Shown here in pieces: positions 24,901 through 38,800 of a stretch of DNA of 64,000 nucleotides. The stretch comes from Octopus bimaculoides (taxonomy: Eukaryota): positions 184,164,507 to 184,228,506 of the forward strand of contig NC_068981.1 of NCBI RefSeq assembly GCF_001194135.2, in the 5' to 3' direction. The notes under the pieces were generated by a model that saw only the letters and a program-made list of their open reading frames with translations, searched no databases and was not told the DNA's origin. The first letter of the stretch is position 1, and each line of letters starts with the position of its first letter. The translations under genes and the position numbers were made by a program.

Positions 24901-26574
24901 ATGATAAACTGAATCAACCACTGAATTTTGCTGATCAATCAAGCTCATACCCCCACCCCAGGAGTCTTAACTAAACATTCATGTTCCCTTGATCTTTCTC
25001 TAGAAAGAGCAGCTTTTATTCCTAACAGGTAGGTGAACTGATGCAATGTAGAATAAAATGCCTTCACAGATAAAGAGTACAATGACCTCAGTGATCATTC
25101 TGCTAACAAAGCACTCACACACACACTGGTTATAGTTTACTTCTATTTTATTATCAATTAACTAATTAGCAAGATAATTAATCGGTTACTTATGATCATT
25201 CAGATGATAAAAAGAATTTATACTTGCCTTGTTTAACCCTTTTGTTACTAACCTGGCTGAAACCGGCTCTGTAGTACAAATGTTTTGTTTCCATAAGTTT
25301 TGAATTAAAATCTTCCACCAAACCTTAGTCGTAATTTATGTTCCTAACACTAGCTTAATGATAACTAAGTCATTTTACTAAATTCTTTGTTATATTTAAA
25401 ATAATTGAAAGAAACCCAGAGCTTCTCAAAATAAACAAGGTAATGAAAGGGTTAAAGGATTACAGTGAACAATAAACTCTTTTGAATTTATCTATGTGTG
25501 TATGTATGTATAACTATATCTGTATATGTATGTATAAATATATCTGTATATGTATGTATAAATATATGATGATGATGGTGTGTGTGAGAATGTATATATG
25601 TATGCATTTATTTGTTTAAAACCTCCATTTTCCAATGCTAGCATAGGTAGAGCAGGGGCTTATTTGAGACAGATTTTATTAGCCAGATGGTCTTCTTCTT
25701 GCTAATCCTTCCTTGATTTTCAAATAAGGAAGTTTTTTTTTGTTCTTATATCTCACAGGTCCTTAAAAGCATAGAATATTTGCAGAAGTATCAACATTAC
25801 ATCACTGCCATGCTAACACAAGACAAGGAGTGACAAGCAGAGCTATGAAATTTAGTAACATTTGCATGCACACACACATATGTGTGAGTATAATATTTCT
25901 TATCTTGGTTGAAGCAGTCACTTTGCTATTCTAGAGTTTGTCCCATGTGTTGACAAGGTCATCAGTTATAACTTGCCACAAGGTATTTTATGCATCGCTC
26001 TACTGCTTATTTCTAATATAAGCACAAGGCAAGAAATTTTTTGAGTTAGAATAGAATTGATGAGATCAACCCCTGTATTAAATGCTTTTATTTTATCAAC
26101 CCCAGAAGAATAAAACTTGGTATTACTTGAACTCAAAATCTAAAGGTACATACCTAATTAACACAAAACATTTTGTCTGGTGCTCCACTGACTCTACAAC
26201 CTTAAAAGTAAAACGCTAAGTACCAAGACAACAAACACAATCAGTATTACTAATATACATTTGTGAATTATCTACAAAATATCACATAATTTAAAATATG
26301 AAGTCCTGAATTATTTGTTGTTGTTTTATCACTCTTTGGTTGTTGTACTTAATTAAACACATCAATATGATAAAAAGTACTTAATTAAACACATCAATAT
26401 GATAAAAAGTAACCAGGAAATTAAATTTCATAGTTATCCAAGACAAAGCCCAGATAGTTCCTCCTCAACTTATTTCCTTGAAACAGAAGGGAAGTGTTTT
26501 TTTTCCTTCATTAATCTTCAGATGTTGTATTGATTAAATCAATGATAATAAATATCATTCGCTTCTTATTTATC

Positions 26575-26580
26575 TTTATT
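26575..26580 (-). terminator. Candidate polyadenylation signal AATAAA for VARS2
   Basis: AATAAA on the minus strand about 175 nt after the stop codon; sequence is AT-rich, so it could be chance. Confidence 0.4.
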
Positions 26581-26755
26581 CTTCACCACAATATTTATAA
26601 ATATATGTACAGATATGTACATCAACCACTCCCTCGTCTTCTCGGACGTGTAAGTCTACACAGAAATATTTGAATTATTACACGGCCTAATCCAGTTACA
26701 AATTAGGGCTGAGCAGGGACAATGTTCTTGATAGATGTTATGCATCTACACCGTT

Positions 26756-26827
26756 TTAGGGTTCCAGTTTTTCTAAGACGGACACATAGTTCTGAAGCCG
26801 GTCAAGTTCAGAGTTGAGGTTTTCAAC
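26756..26827 (-). CDS. VARS2: VARS2 terminal exon 26 ([23 protein letters not shown])
   Basis: Long poly-T acceptor ending cctag; heptad-like L...EL..L; TAA stop. Confidence 0.88.
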   Translation of the reverse strand, partial: VENLNSELDRLQNYVSVLEKLEP

Positions 26828-29800
26828 CTAGGAAAAAAAAAAAAAAAAAGAAAAATCATTATGTACACAGGCAGTGATGGTCACCATTGGAATCTTTATT
26901 GTAACAATCACTACCACTACCATCACCACAACCACCATTATATAGTAGCAGCAGCAGCAACAGCAGCTACCACCACAATAGCCATTAACTGCCACCACCA
27001 CCAGGTTAAACTGACCCCTTTTCTCTAACTTTAACTTCTCATCCCATAGCATAAAGTTGCCTCCCACTCAATCAATAGGGATCTTAGTCTTGCAGGCAGC
27101 ATGGTGACTTCACTAATGCAGGTGCCACAACAAATACACCCAGTCATCATCATCATCATCATTTAACGTCCGCTTTCCATGCTGGCATGGGTTGGACGAT
27201 TTGACTGAGGACTGGCGAACCAGATGGCTACACCAGGCTCCAATCTGATTTGGCAGAGTTTCTACAGCTGGGTGCCCTTCCTAACGCCAACCACTCCGAG
27301 AGTGTAGTGGGTGCTTTTACGTGCCACCGGCACAAGGGCCAGTCAGGTGGTACTGGTAATGGCCACGCTCAAATGATGTTTTTTACGTGCCACCTGTATA
27401 CACTATAAAGTGGTTGGTGTTAGGAAAGGCATCCAGCTGTAGAAACAATGCCAAAGCAGACGTTGAAATACGATGAAGTCTTTGGACCTGTCAAGCATAA
27501 AACCATCTCCCTCTCCTCTGTAGCTCCATTCAGTCAAAGTAGTTCTCAGTCTTGGAGGCTACATGGCAACCTCAGCAGTCTTGGTGCCGCTATAAGATGC
27601 ACCCAGTACATGTTGTGAAGGGCATCCAGTCATAGAAACCATGCCGAAGCAGACACTGGAGCATGATGTAGTCTCAAGCCACCAACCCATGCCTTGATCA
27701 AACATGAATGTTGAATAAGTGATGAATGATGATGTTACTAGCATGTTTACTACATAGCATCACTGTTCCCAGGACAAAAGATAAAGCTAACTTTGATAGA
27801 ATTTGAACCCTGACCCCATGAAGTACTGAACATTGGTGACTGGTAAGCACTCAAGATGGTTGTCTGGAGAGAATATTGATGCCAGTCGAAATTCAAGAAA
27901 GAAACTATACTTACAGCTTTTATCTTCTTTTCATCAACAAGTTCGTTATTTCTCAGATCTCTGTTCATTGAAGCTGCAATTTTCTCCAGTTCTTTCAACA
28001 CTTTCTCCACCTTTTTAGTGAGTTTGTTCAACTCAATGACAGGATCCACTAAACCCTGGAATAATAATAATAATCATCATATAGGCGCAGGAGTGGCTGT
28101 GTGGTTAGTAGCTTGCTTACCAACCACATGGTTCTGGGTTCAGTCCCACTGCATGGCACCTTGGGACTGAACCCAACTTAGCGGTTCGGCAAAAAGAGAC
28201 CTATAGAATAAGTACTAGGCTTACAAAGAATAAGTCCTGGGGTCGATTTGCTTGACTAAATGTGGTGCCCCAGCATGGCCGCAGTCAAATGACTGAAACA
28301 AGTAAAAGAGTATTTCTATTATAGGCACAAGGCCTGAAATTTTGGGAGATGGGGTTAGTTGATTACATCGACTCCAGTACTTAACTGGTTCATTTTTTGT
28401 TGACCCCAAAAGGATGAAAGCAAAGTCGACCTCATTGGAATTTGAACTCAAAACGTAAGCACTGACGAAATGCTGCTAAGCATTTTGTCTGGCATACTAA
28501 CGATTTTGCATAGAGAACAGTACAAAATTATAAAAATGAATATTTTGAGTTGGATGTTGATAACACTAAGAGCACATACCTGAAGACTTAAATGCACTTG
28601 GCAAGTGTCAGCTACTGTTTTTGATGATACACAGCCGTGAGGAATATTTAAGATTCCATAGATGAAGTTTACTGAAGCCGATCTTGAGAGTGTGGATATT
28701 GGTACAGAGTAATTCTGAGAGAGGCGATCCAGCAGGATTTCATTGGAAGAACTGATGAAAACTAGAGAAAAAAAGGTAAATTGGAATAAATAGTGAGTAT
28801 CAATTATATCTGGAAGAAAATGGTAATAGAGTGTTCAGGAGTGTTGTTTTAAGGAACTGGTGAAGGTACCAGTGGTAGTGGTGATGGTGATGGCACTGGA
28901 AGTAATGGCAGTGGTGGTGATGGTGGTGGTGGTGGTGGTAGTGATGGTAGTGGTGGTGATGGTGGTAATGGTAGTGGTGGTGGTGGTGATGGCAGTCGAC
29001 ATTCCAATCAAACCAAAGAAACTATGCTTCCATTGGTTTCTTTTTTCCCCTTGCTGAGTCTGTGTCAGGCACAGAAGTGTCACTGTTCTTTCAGTTTGGT
29101 AAGCACAGATGGGATTTGAACTCAGAATGTACTACACGAGAACAGAGACTACCAGGCATCCTAAGTGACCTTCTAACAATTCCGGTAATCCACTGCTTTG
29201 AGCTGATGTTTTATTTATAAACCCTGAATGATGAAAGGCAAAGTTGACCAAAGCAGGATTTGAACTCAGTGTACAGGGTCAGAAGAAATATCCTATCTTT
29301 GTCACCTGTGCCTCCTTGTCTTGACATTGTGCCATAGTTATAAACAAAAGTGTCACCATCATACAAGCACTAATTTCTGTCCTGTCTTCCATGAAGAAAT
29401 ATTTTCTTGCTTGGAACCAGGTAAGAATTGGTGACAGGAAAAGCATTGAGTTATAGAAAAATCTGCCTGACCCAAGCAAGCATGGAAAATTGGACATTAA
29501 AACGATGATGATGATGATGATGATGATGCCAAGTAAAACTTATCTGAAAAACTTACCGTTTCCTTTAGCTTTGGTCAAGCTAAATTCTTTCCTCAAAAAC
29601 AATGCCTGACTGCAGAGATCTTGTACAATATTCATGTCTTCTTCAATGAATGGATTTCGCCAGGTAAACTGTCAGAATATGAAAATAAAATAATGAAATA
29701 ATAAAATAACTTTCGTGTTAAATGCCTATATATATATACATACACATACTGTTGAATAGCAGCCCAGTCAAGATGGTATTTTTTCTTCTCTCACTCATGT

Positions 29801-32800
29801 TTTTTGCACACATCTACAAAATGACTTTCTAAAATGAAATTCCATTATGCAGCTGATGAGTACATTTTCATTGCACATTTTATGTAGTGTTCTCACTACA
29901 TGAATAAATGAAGTTTGTACGAAACGTACGTACTGCTATAACCTATTGATTTTTTGTTGCTTTTCTTCAAATATATACACATACATATATATATATATTA
30001 ACTCTTCGAAATGCTTAGTTTAGAATAGTGGCAGCTGATGAAGGAAATATTCTCTATGTGACCTGTTGGTTTTCTGTGCTCCGTTTATGTTCTGTTTTTC
30101 ATTTTGTCCACGTTTTTTTGTGACGTCCTGTACCCAGATATGCATCTATATATACATGTAGATATAGGTATGTACATACATGGACGTATATATGCATATA
30201 CTCACATATTATTTGTATTATATATATATATATATATATTTCGTATTACACTAAGAAACAGTGCACAGTACCAAAATTTTAGACTAGAGTCAAATATAAC
30301 AAGCTACTCCAAATCCTTTTGCTAAGTTACAGGGATGAAAACATATCAACACCTGTTGTGAAACAGTGGTGGAGGACAAATGTAGACACAAAGTTACACA
30401 CACACGACAGGCTTCNNNNNNNNNNNNNNNNNNNNNNNNNNNNNNNNNNNNNNNNNNNNNNNNNNNNNNNNNNNNNNNNNNNNNNNNNNNNNNNNNNNNN
30501 NNNNNNNNNNNNNNNNNNNNNNNNNNNNNNNNNNNNNNNNNNNNNNNNNNNNNNNNNNNNNNNNNNNNNNNNNNNNNNNNNNNNNNNNNNNNNNNNNNNN
30601 NNNNNNNNNNNNNNNNNNNNNNNNNNNNNNNNNNNNNNNNNNNNNNNGAGCTTCTTTCAGTTTCCATCCACTAAATCCACTCACAAGGCTTTGGTTGGGC
30701 TGAGGCTATAGTAGAAGAAGGCGGCGAACTGGAAGAAACGTTAGCACACCGGTCAAAATGCTTAGCGGTATTTCATCTGCCGTTATGTTCTGAGTTCAAA
30801 TTCCGCCGAAGTCGACTTTACCTTTCATCCTTTCGGGGTCGATAAATTAAGTACCAGTTACACACTGGTGTCAATGGCTTCTTTCAGTTTCTGTCAACCA
30901 AATCTACTGACACAAGGCTTTGAATGCCCCTAAGGCACTTGCTCAAGGTACCACACTGTGGAACTGAACCCGGAGGTTGGGAAGCAAACTTCTTACCAAC
31001 CACACAGCCACGCTGCCATATCATTGATAAGCTTCAATAAACATGTACTTACATCCTTGGGGTTAGGGTAAGCAGCGCTGCAAACACTGACATCAAAATG
31101 GCCGCTTCTTTGCATAAGTTGTTGGTAGAGTTCCTCACTGAGGTAAGGCATGAAAGGACTGATGGCTTTGAGGTAAGTTTCCAGGCAGAAATGTAACACT
31201 TGATTCACGGTTTCTTTTTCTTCTTCTGAACCATTCTTTAAAATTGGTTTCACAGATTCCTGAAAAGAAAAATATCAAGTTAACCCCTTTAGATCAAAAC
31301 TCACCATGGTCCCATGATACATAGTTCATGCTTTAAAGTTATCTCAATAAAAACTTTCCATGAAATTCTATGTTAATTTATGTTCCAAACACAGATTAAT
31401 AATGACAAAATTATTTTCTTAAATTCTTCGTTATTTACCAGATTAATTGAAACAAAAGCAGTGTAATTTAACAGAAATATGCAAATGAAAGGGTTGATAC
31501 ACAAACTTAGTTCCTATTTCTAGATTGTTACGACGACATATCACTATAATAACATACATTTATAATCATCAGCAGCGTTTCACATCAGTTTTTTCACACT
31601 GGCATCAGTAAGAAGATATAACATGGATTAAGAAGTCTCTCCCTTTACTCGTTTCAGTGATTTGACTGTGGCCATGCTGGAGCACTGCCTTTAAGTCGAG
31701 CTAATTGACCCCAGGACTTATTCTTTGTAAGCCTAGTACTTATTCTATTGGTCTCTTTTGCCGAACTGCTAAGTTACGGGGACGTAAACACACCAGCATT
31801 GGTTGTCAAGCAATGTTGGGGGACAAACACAGACAGACAAACATATACACACACATACATATATATATACATATATACGACGGGCTTCTTTCAGTTTCCG
31901 TCTACCAAATCCACTCACAAGGCTTTGGTCGGCCTGAGGCTATAGTAGAAGACACTTGCCCAAGGTGCCATGCAGTGGGACTGAACTTGGAACCATGTGG
32001 TTCGTAAGCAAGCTATTTACCACACAGCCACTCCTATGCCTATAGTCTAAAGAATTTCTCAAACAATTTCTATCTATTTTAGTAAATAAACACAAATTTC
32101 AGGATATTTTAGCAAATAAATACAAAATTTCTGGGTATTTTAAGAAATAAATACAAATTCCTGTGTATTTTAGTGAATAATATTACAAATTTCTGGGGAT
32201 CTTAGCTAATAAATATAAGACAAGTTAAAATTTTCCACAAATAACATAAAGAAGTTTGTTTTGTTGACAAAAACAAAAAAACAAATTTAAAAACAGCAAC
32301 AATAAAACAAAACATCCCCCAAAAAACTCCAAAAGCTCTTACCAAATAAATATCACAGAAATTCTGAATCCAGAACTTGCGTAAGGAATTGGTAACTAAC
32401 TGTAGATCATAATTGCGGAATTTTGGGTCACAGTAGTGTGTTGTTTCAGTGAGAACACTGAGGATCCATTTATCAATAGCAGATTCATGACCAGACAGCT
32501 AAAAAGGGAAAGTGTGAGAGAAGAGATGGAGTTTAAGAACAGACTGTAAAAAAGAAAACAGAACAGAGCTAAAAAAACACATGTGCGATTATGAAGCAAT
32601 AGTGAAGACTATACTATAGTTCAGCTGATGAAGACTAAGAGCCAGAAATGTTTGGAATTGTCTCCCTTGCTTGCCCAACCAAAGAATAATGTTAGTTAAG
32701 ACCTAATATATATTTTCTCCATCATCACAATATTTATCTCTAATGTGACAACATTCAACAATGTGTTCTTTTCCTTTTATAACAATAGAATGTAATTTGA

Positions 32801-35800
32801 GGAAGATTTAGCTGCTATTTCCAACAATATTAGCAACAGTTTAAATACTTCCTTGTCAGCTTGTATTGATTTGTTATATCAATGATCAATTATAGAACAT
32901 AGGGCTTGGGATAGGTAAAATCATTAGGGAGTTAGAAAAAATGCCTTGTGATATTTCTTCTAGCTCTTAAGGCGGCAAAGCTGGCAAAATCGTTAGCATG
33001 CCGGGCAAAATGCTTTGTCTGTCTTCTAAGTTTAAATTCTACTGAGGTTGACTCTTCCTTTCATCCTTTCAGGGTTGATAAAATAAGTACCAGCCAAGCA
33101 CCAGGGTTGATGTAATCGACGACCACCCCCTCCCCTCACATTTCAGGCTTTGCACCTATAATAGGAAGGAATATTTCTTCTAGTGAGCATCCCGAGTTCA
33201 AAATCCAACTGAAGTTATTTTTTTCCTTCATCTCAACAGGATTGATAAAATAAAGCACAGTCAAGTGCTGGGGTTGATAGTACAAACTAACCCCTTCCTT
33301 TTCAAAATTGCTGGCCTAATTCCAAAATTTGATACAATTATTGACTACTAGCAGTAATACCCGTTGTTGATCGGGTAATTACTTTTATTCTTTCTCGGGA
33401 ACCATATTCACAGTATTATTATACACATAGATTTTCTCCTCCTGCATGTGTGTAAAAAAAACATGTAATAACTGAAGTAGAAAAAAGATCAATTTCATAC
33501 GCGAACTTCTGTTTGTTTATCATATGACAATAATACGGGAATTGTATGTGTTGTTTTATATATCAATACAGTCATCATCATCATCATCATCGTTTAACGT
33601 CTGCTTTCCATGCTAGCATGGGTAGGACAATTTGACTAAGGACTGGTGAACCAGATGGCTGCACCAGGCTCCAATCTGATTTGGCAAAGTTTCTACAGCT
33701 GGATGCCCTTCCTAACGCCAACCACTCCGTGAGTGTAGTGGGTGCTTTTTACTCATGTTATTTAAATATCCTTGAAACCATGTGTGTGACTGAAACAGTT
33801 AAGCTGGAGGACTGCAGCAAGTTCCAGTCTGATTTGGCATGGTTTCTACAGCTGGATGCCCTTCCCCACACCAACCTCTCCAAGTGTGCAATCGGTGCTT
33901 TTTATGTGCCACCAGCACAGGTGCCAGTTACGTTACACTGGCACTGGCCACAACTATGATTTCACTTGGCTTGATGAGTCTTCTCAAGCATGGCATATCG
34001 CCAAAGGTCTTGGTCATTTATCATCTCTGTGAGGCCCAATGTTTGAAAAGTGCTTTTTACCTGCCACCAGCACGGGTGCCTGTTATGTGGCACTGGCATT
34101 GGCCATGACTACGATTTCATTTGGCACGTAAAATACACCATTTTGAGCGTGGCCGTTGCCAGTACCGCCTGACTGGCCTTCGTGCCGGTGGCACGTAAAA
34201 GCACCCACTACACTCTCGGAGTGGTTGGCATTAGTTAGGAAGGGCATCCAGCTGTAGAAACTCTGCCAAATCAGACTGGAGCCTGGTGTAGCCACCTGGT
34301 TCACCAGTCCTCAGTCAAATCATCCAACCCATGCTAGCATGGAAAGCGGACATGAAACGATGATGATGATGATGATGATGGGTTTTCTCAAGCATGACAC
34401 ATCACCAAAGGTCTCAGTCACTTTCATTCAAAACAAGTTTGAATAAATAAGCATTACAATTGACGAAGAGCAATCTGAGTGCTAAAGAGGTGACCACTGT
34501 GCCTGTGTTGAGAGGAAACTCAAAACAATCATACTTACTGCGAACGGTCGCTTGGGAGTGAAAGAATCTTCTTGGTTGAGGTGAATGAATCTTGAAGCTT
34601 GCCATATTTTATTACAAAAGAATTTTGAACTTTTGATATGGTCCATTTGAATGTTGATGGTTTGCACTAGAACAAAAGAAAAAAAAAGAGAGAAAAAAAA
34701 AACTCCAGTTGCAATATGTATTTTTTACATTGCCACAAATCTACAAATTTAGGGTGAAGGAGTAGGGAGTCTATTAATGATGGGTAGGGGACATTTTGGC
34801 ACAGTCCTTTTGGTGCTGCCTATTTGGTGACACTGACTTATTTGATATCAGACATTTTAATAATGCTGCCATTGCCACCATCATCATTTAGGTCCATTTT
34901 CCATGCTGGCATTGGTTGGACAATTTGACTGGAGCTGGCAAAACAAAAAATGGTTAAGGACAACTGAGATAAAAGAATGTAACTTACATTTGAAATTATA
35001 AGAACAAAGCGTGAATCTAAGAGCATCAGCGCCACACTGTGGAATACCATGTGGGAAGTTTTTGTGTTGCTCTTTTTTACAATGTTCAATTTCCTTTTGG
35101 TCAAGAACACTACTGTCCAGTTGGTTCTGAAGGTCCTGTAAAGGCGAGAGAAGACAATCTCAATACATACGTCTAGAGAGAAACAAAGCCATGCTAGTTA
35201 CAAAAAAAACAAAAACAAAAAAACAATAAGCTTCTTTTGGCATCTTTTTGAATTCCATATGTGTAACAGTTGTGGACATGCTTACAAAATCAAAGAACAA
35301 CACAGCACCCATGGATTTTGGAAACATTTTTTTTTTATGCTTACAATTGCTGAAGCATGGAATAAACTATCTGCATCAGTTGTTAGCCGTTGGGACACTA
35401 AATCCTTCAAAACTTCCATGCTTCCTGAAATTCACCAACAGTACACCTGATGTCCCCCCATTCCCGGTTGTTTTTCTTCCTTTCTCTCTTTTTTGTTTAG
35501 ACTTTTTCACTGTTCACTTCCTGTGCATATTCTATGTATTGTTCTTGCAGTTTCGGTTACTTTTTCTGATGATTTTCAGCGCACCTGATCACTGTATACA
35601 ATAAGTTCATCATCAACATTATTATTATTATTATTATTATTATTATCATTATTATTATTATTGACTGAAACAAGTAAAAGAGAGAGTATATGAAAACTCA
35701 CAGCTTATTTTGCTGGGTATGATGGAAAGTGTCAGCTGTCCACAGCCAGCAGACTAAGGTGACACTTGATTACTGGTCATGCTTCAAGAACTCAACGGAA

Positions 35801-38800
35801 AATTCTTGCAGTTCCAAGCAGTGCTGATTTTTGTAGGTGTTCTACCTCCACACTTGCACCGATCTTCTTCAGCCATGTTGGTAGTTGGGTGGTAATANNN
35901 NNNNNNNTGCACCGATCTTCTTCAGCCATGTTGGTAGTTGGGTGGTAATACTTCCAAGTGCGCCAATTACTATTGGTATCACGTCTACTCTCTTCATTGA
36001 CCCCAACCTTTGTAATACCCACTTTAAATCGTCATTATCATTATTAAGAGAAAAAAGACCAGACTTTAGAAAAGTTTACCTTTAAGGATGCACCATAAAT
36101 GACATTCAATGGATCGATCACATTTCCTTGAGATTTACTCATCTTTCTACCTTCGGAGTCTCGGATAATTCCATGCAATAAAATCTGCCAATATACACAA
36201 AGGAGAAAAATAACAACACAGATTCCATTGTGCACATAACAGAGAAAATTCACCCCCTTCTTACTTTTCCTCAATATATTCCAGAATATTCATCTTTTAC
36301 TTGATTCAGTTATTAGACTGTGGCCATGCTGGAGTACCACCTTGAAAACTTTTAGTTAAATGAATCAACCCCAGTCTATTACAGTTTTTTAAAGCCTTGT
36401 ACTTATTCTATCATTTTGTCAAGCAGTGGACATACACACTAACACACACATATGCATATCATCATCATCATCATCATCATCATCATTTAACCCTTTCGTT
36501 ACCCTAGTTATTTTGAGATGCTCTGTGTTTCTTTTTCAATTACTTTCATGCCGGTGGCACGTAAAAGCACCCACTACACTCTCGGAGTGGTTGGTGTTAG
36601 GAAGGGCATCCAGCTGTAGAAACCCTGCCAAATCAGATTAGAGCCTGGTGCAGTCTGCCGGTCCTCAGTCAAATCGTCCAACCTGTGCTAGCATGGAAAG
36701 CGGACATTAAACGATGATGATGTATAAATAGACATGGTTGTAGATGACTCCAAAGAGGAGGAATAGAAGATGAAGAAGACGAATAGACGATGAAGAAATA
36801 TAAGAAGAAAAGACATAGAATAAAAAGAAGGAAGGTGGAAAAGTAGGAGAAGGCAGAGAATAAAAATAAGGTAATAAACCAAAAAAAATGATATTTAGTA
36901 TAGACTGACCTTATCGAAAGGTAACTGTCCTGTTAACTTCTGTCCCAGCATAACCATTCTGGCCACCCAGAAGAACAAGATATCACTGCCAGTCTCAAGA
37001 AGGTCGGTTGGGTAGAAAGATTCATAGTCAATTGTCTTCAGTAGATAAAATAAAAAGGAAATAAAGACATAATATTAACATTATGAATGTCAATAAGAAG
37101 AAATAGTATGAACCATAGAACTTATACAAACTCACGAAATTTACTGAATCATCATTGCTGATACATAGCATCACTATCAGTTATCTCAGACTGAGTTTTA
37201 TACATGTGTGTGTGAGAGAGAGAATGAGTGAATGTATGTGTGTCTGTGTGGGTAAGACAGACAGAGTGAGTGAATGTGTATGTGTATGAAGAGAGAAAGT
37301 GTGTGTGTGTATGAGTGTTTTATAGTTACGCATGTTTGCGTGGTTGAGAAGTTCACTTCACAACCACAGGGTTTGAAGTTTAGCTCCACTTTGTGGCATG
37401 CAAGGTAAGTGCCTTTTACTGTAACCCATGGCTGACCAATGCATTGTGAGTGAATTTGTTTAATGAAATCTGTACAAAACCCCTTGTGTGTGTATGCATA
37501 TACATATATATATATATAAATCATTTTCATGATCATTTAATGTCATTTTTCCATGCTGGCATGGGTTGGCGGGTTTGACAGGAGTTGGCAAACTGGAGAG
37601 CTGCACCAGACTGGATGAAAATAAAAACATCATCATCATCATTTAACATGTTTTCCATGCTGTTATAGGTTCAACAATTTGGCAGGAGCCACACTGGGTT
37701 CCATAGTCTGTTTTGGCATGGTTTCTACAGTTGGATACCCTTCCTAATGCAGCACCTGTGCTGGTGGCACGTGTAGAACATCTTTTGAATGTTGGGCCTC
37801 ACGAAGGCAAGGTAGCTGAGTTGTTTTTGAGTGTTGGACCTCACGGAGGCAATGACCAAGGCCTTTGGCCTTATATCTTGTTTGACAAGAAGACTCATCA
37901 AGCTGAGCAAAGTTGCAATTGTGGCAGATACCAGTGGCACATAAAAGCATCCATTACACTCTTGGAGTGGCTAGTGTTAGGAAGGGCATCCAGCCATAGA
38001 AAACCATACCAAATCAGGTTGGAGTCTGGTGCAGCCTTCCAGCGTGCCAGCCCAGTCAAACCGTCCAACCCATGCCAGCATGGACAACGGATGCTAAATA
38101 ATGATGATGATGATATATATATATATGGGTTTCTTTCAGTTTCCATCTATCAAATCCATTCAAAAGCCTTTAGTTGATTTGGAACTTTAATAAAAGACAC
38201 ATGCCCAAGGTTTCACACAGTGGGACTGAACCTAAAGCCACGTGGTTGGCAAGCAAACTTCTTAATCACACAGCCATGCCTGAACATAAAAGCAAAAATT
38301 AAAATTAATATTAAAAAAATGCCTACTTTTTCTGGCCATCCAAATACTGAAAATGGAAGCAATGCTGATGAAAACCAAGTATCCAAGACATCTTCATCTG
38401 GGAAAATAAAAAATGAAATTGGTTTAATTCTTACTCTTTGAGAGAATAGATAATAAGTCGTAGGTTTTCTCTTTATATTTTCCAGCATAGAAAGGTGGCA
38501 AACTGGCAGAAGCATTAGCATGCCAGGTGAAATGCTTAGCGGTATTTTATCTGCCGCTACATTACGAGTTCAAATTCCACTGAGGTTGACTTTACCTTCC
38601 ATCCTTTCAGGGTTGATAAAATAAGCACCAGTTGAATACTGGGGGTTGATGTGATCAACTTAACCCTTCCCTGAAACTGCTGGCCTTGTACCAAAATTTG
38701 TAACTAATATAACATCAGTAATTAAGGTGGGGAGCTGGCAGAATCGTTAGCACACCGGGTGAATTGGTTAGCAGGGTTTTTTGTCTGTCTTTACGTTCTG

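Noticed and set aside
25759-25833. Plus-strand terminal-exon-like segment VLKSIEYLQKYQH...DKE*
   Set aside because: Lies within what appears to be a decayed dispersed repeat, and no compatible upstream exons were found.
35856-35950. Duplicated ~43-bp sequence either side of a 10-N gap (similar at 7440-7600)
   Set aside because: Typical unmerged contig overlap, i.e. an assembly artefact.
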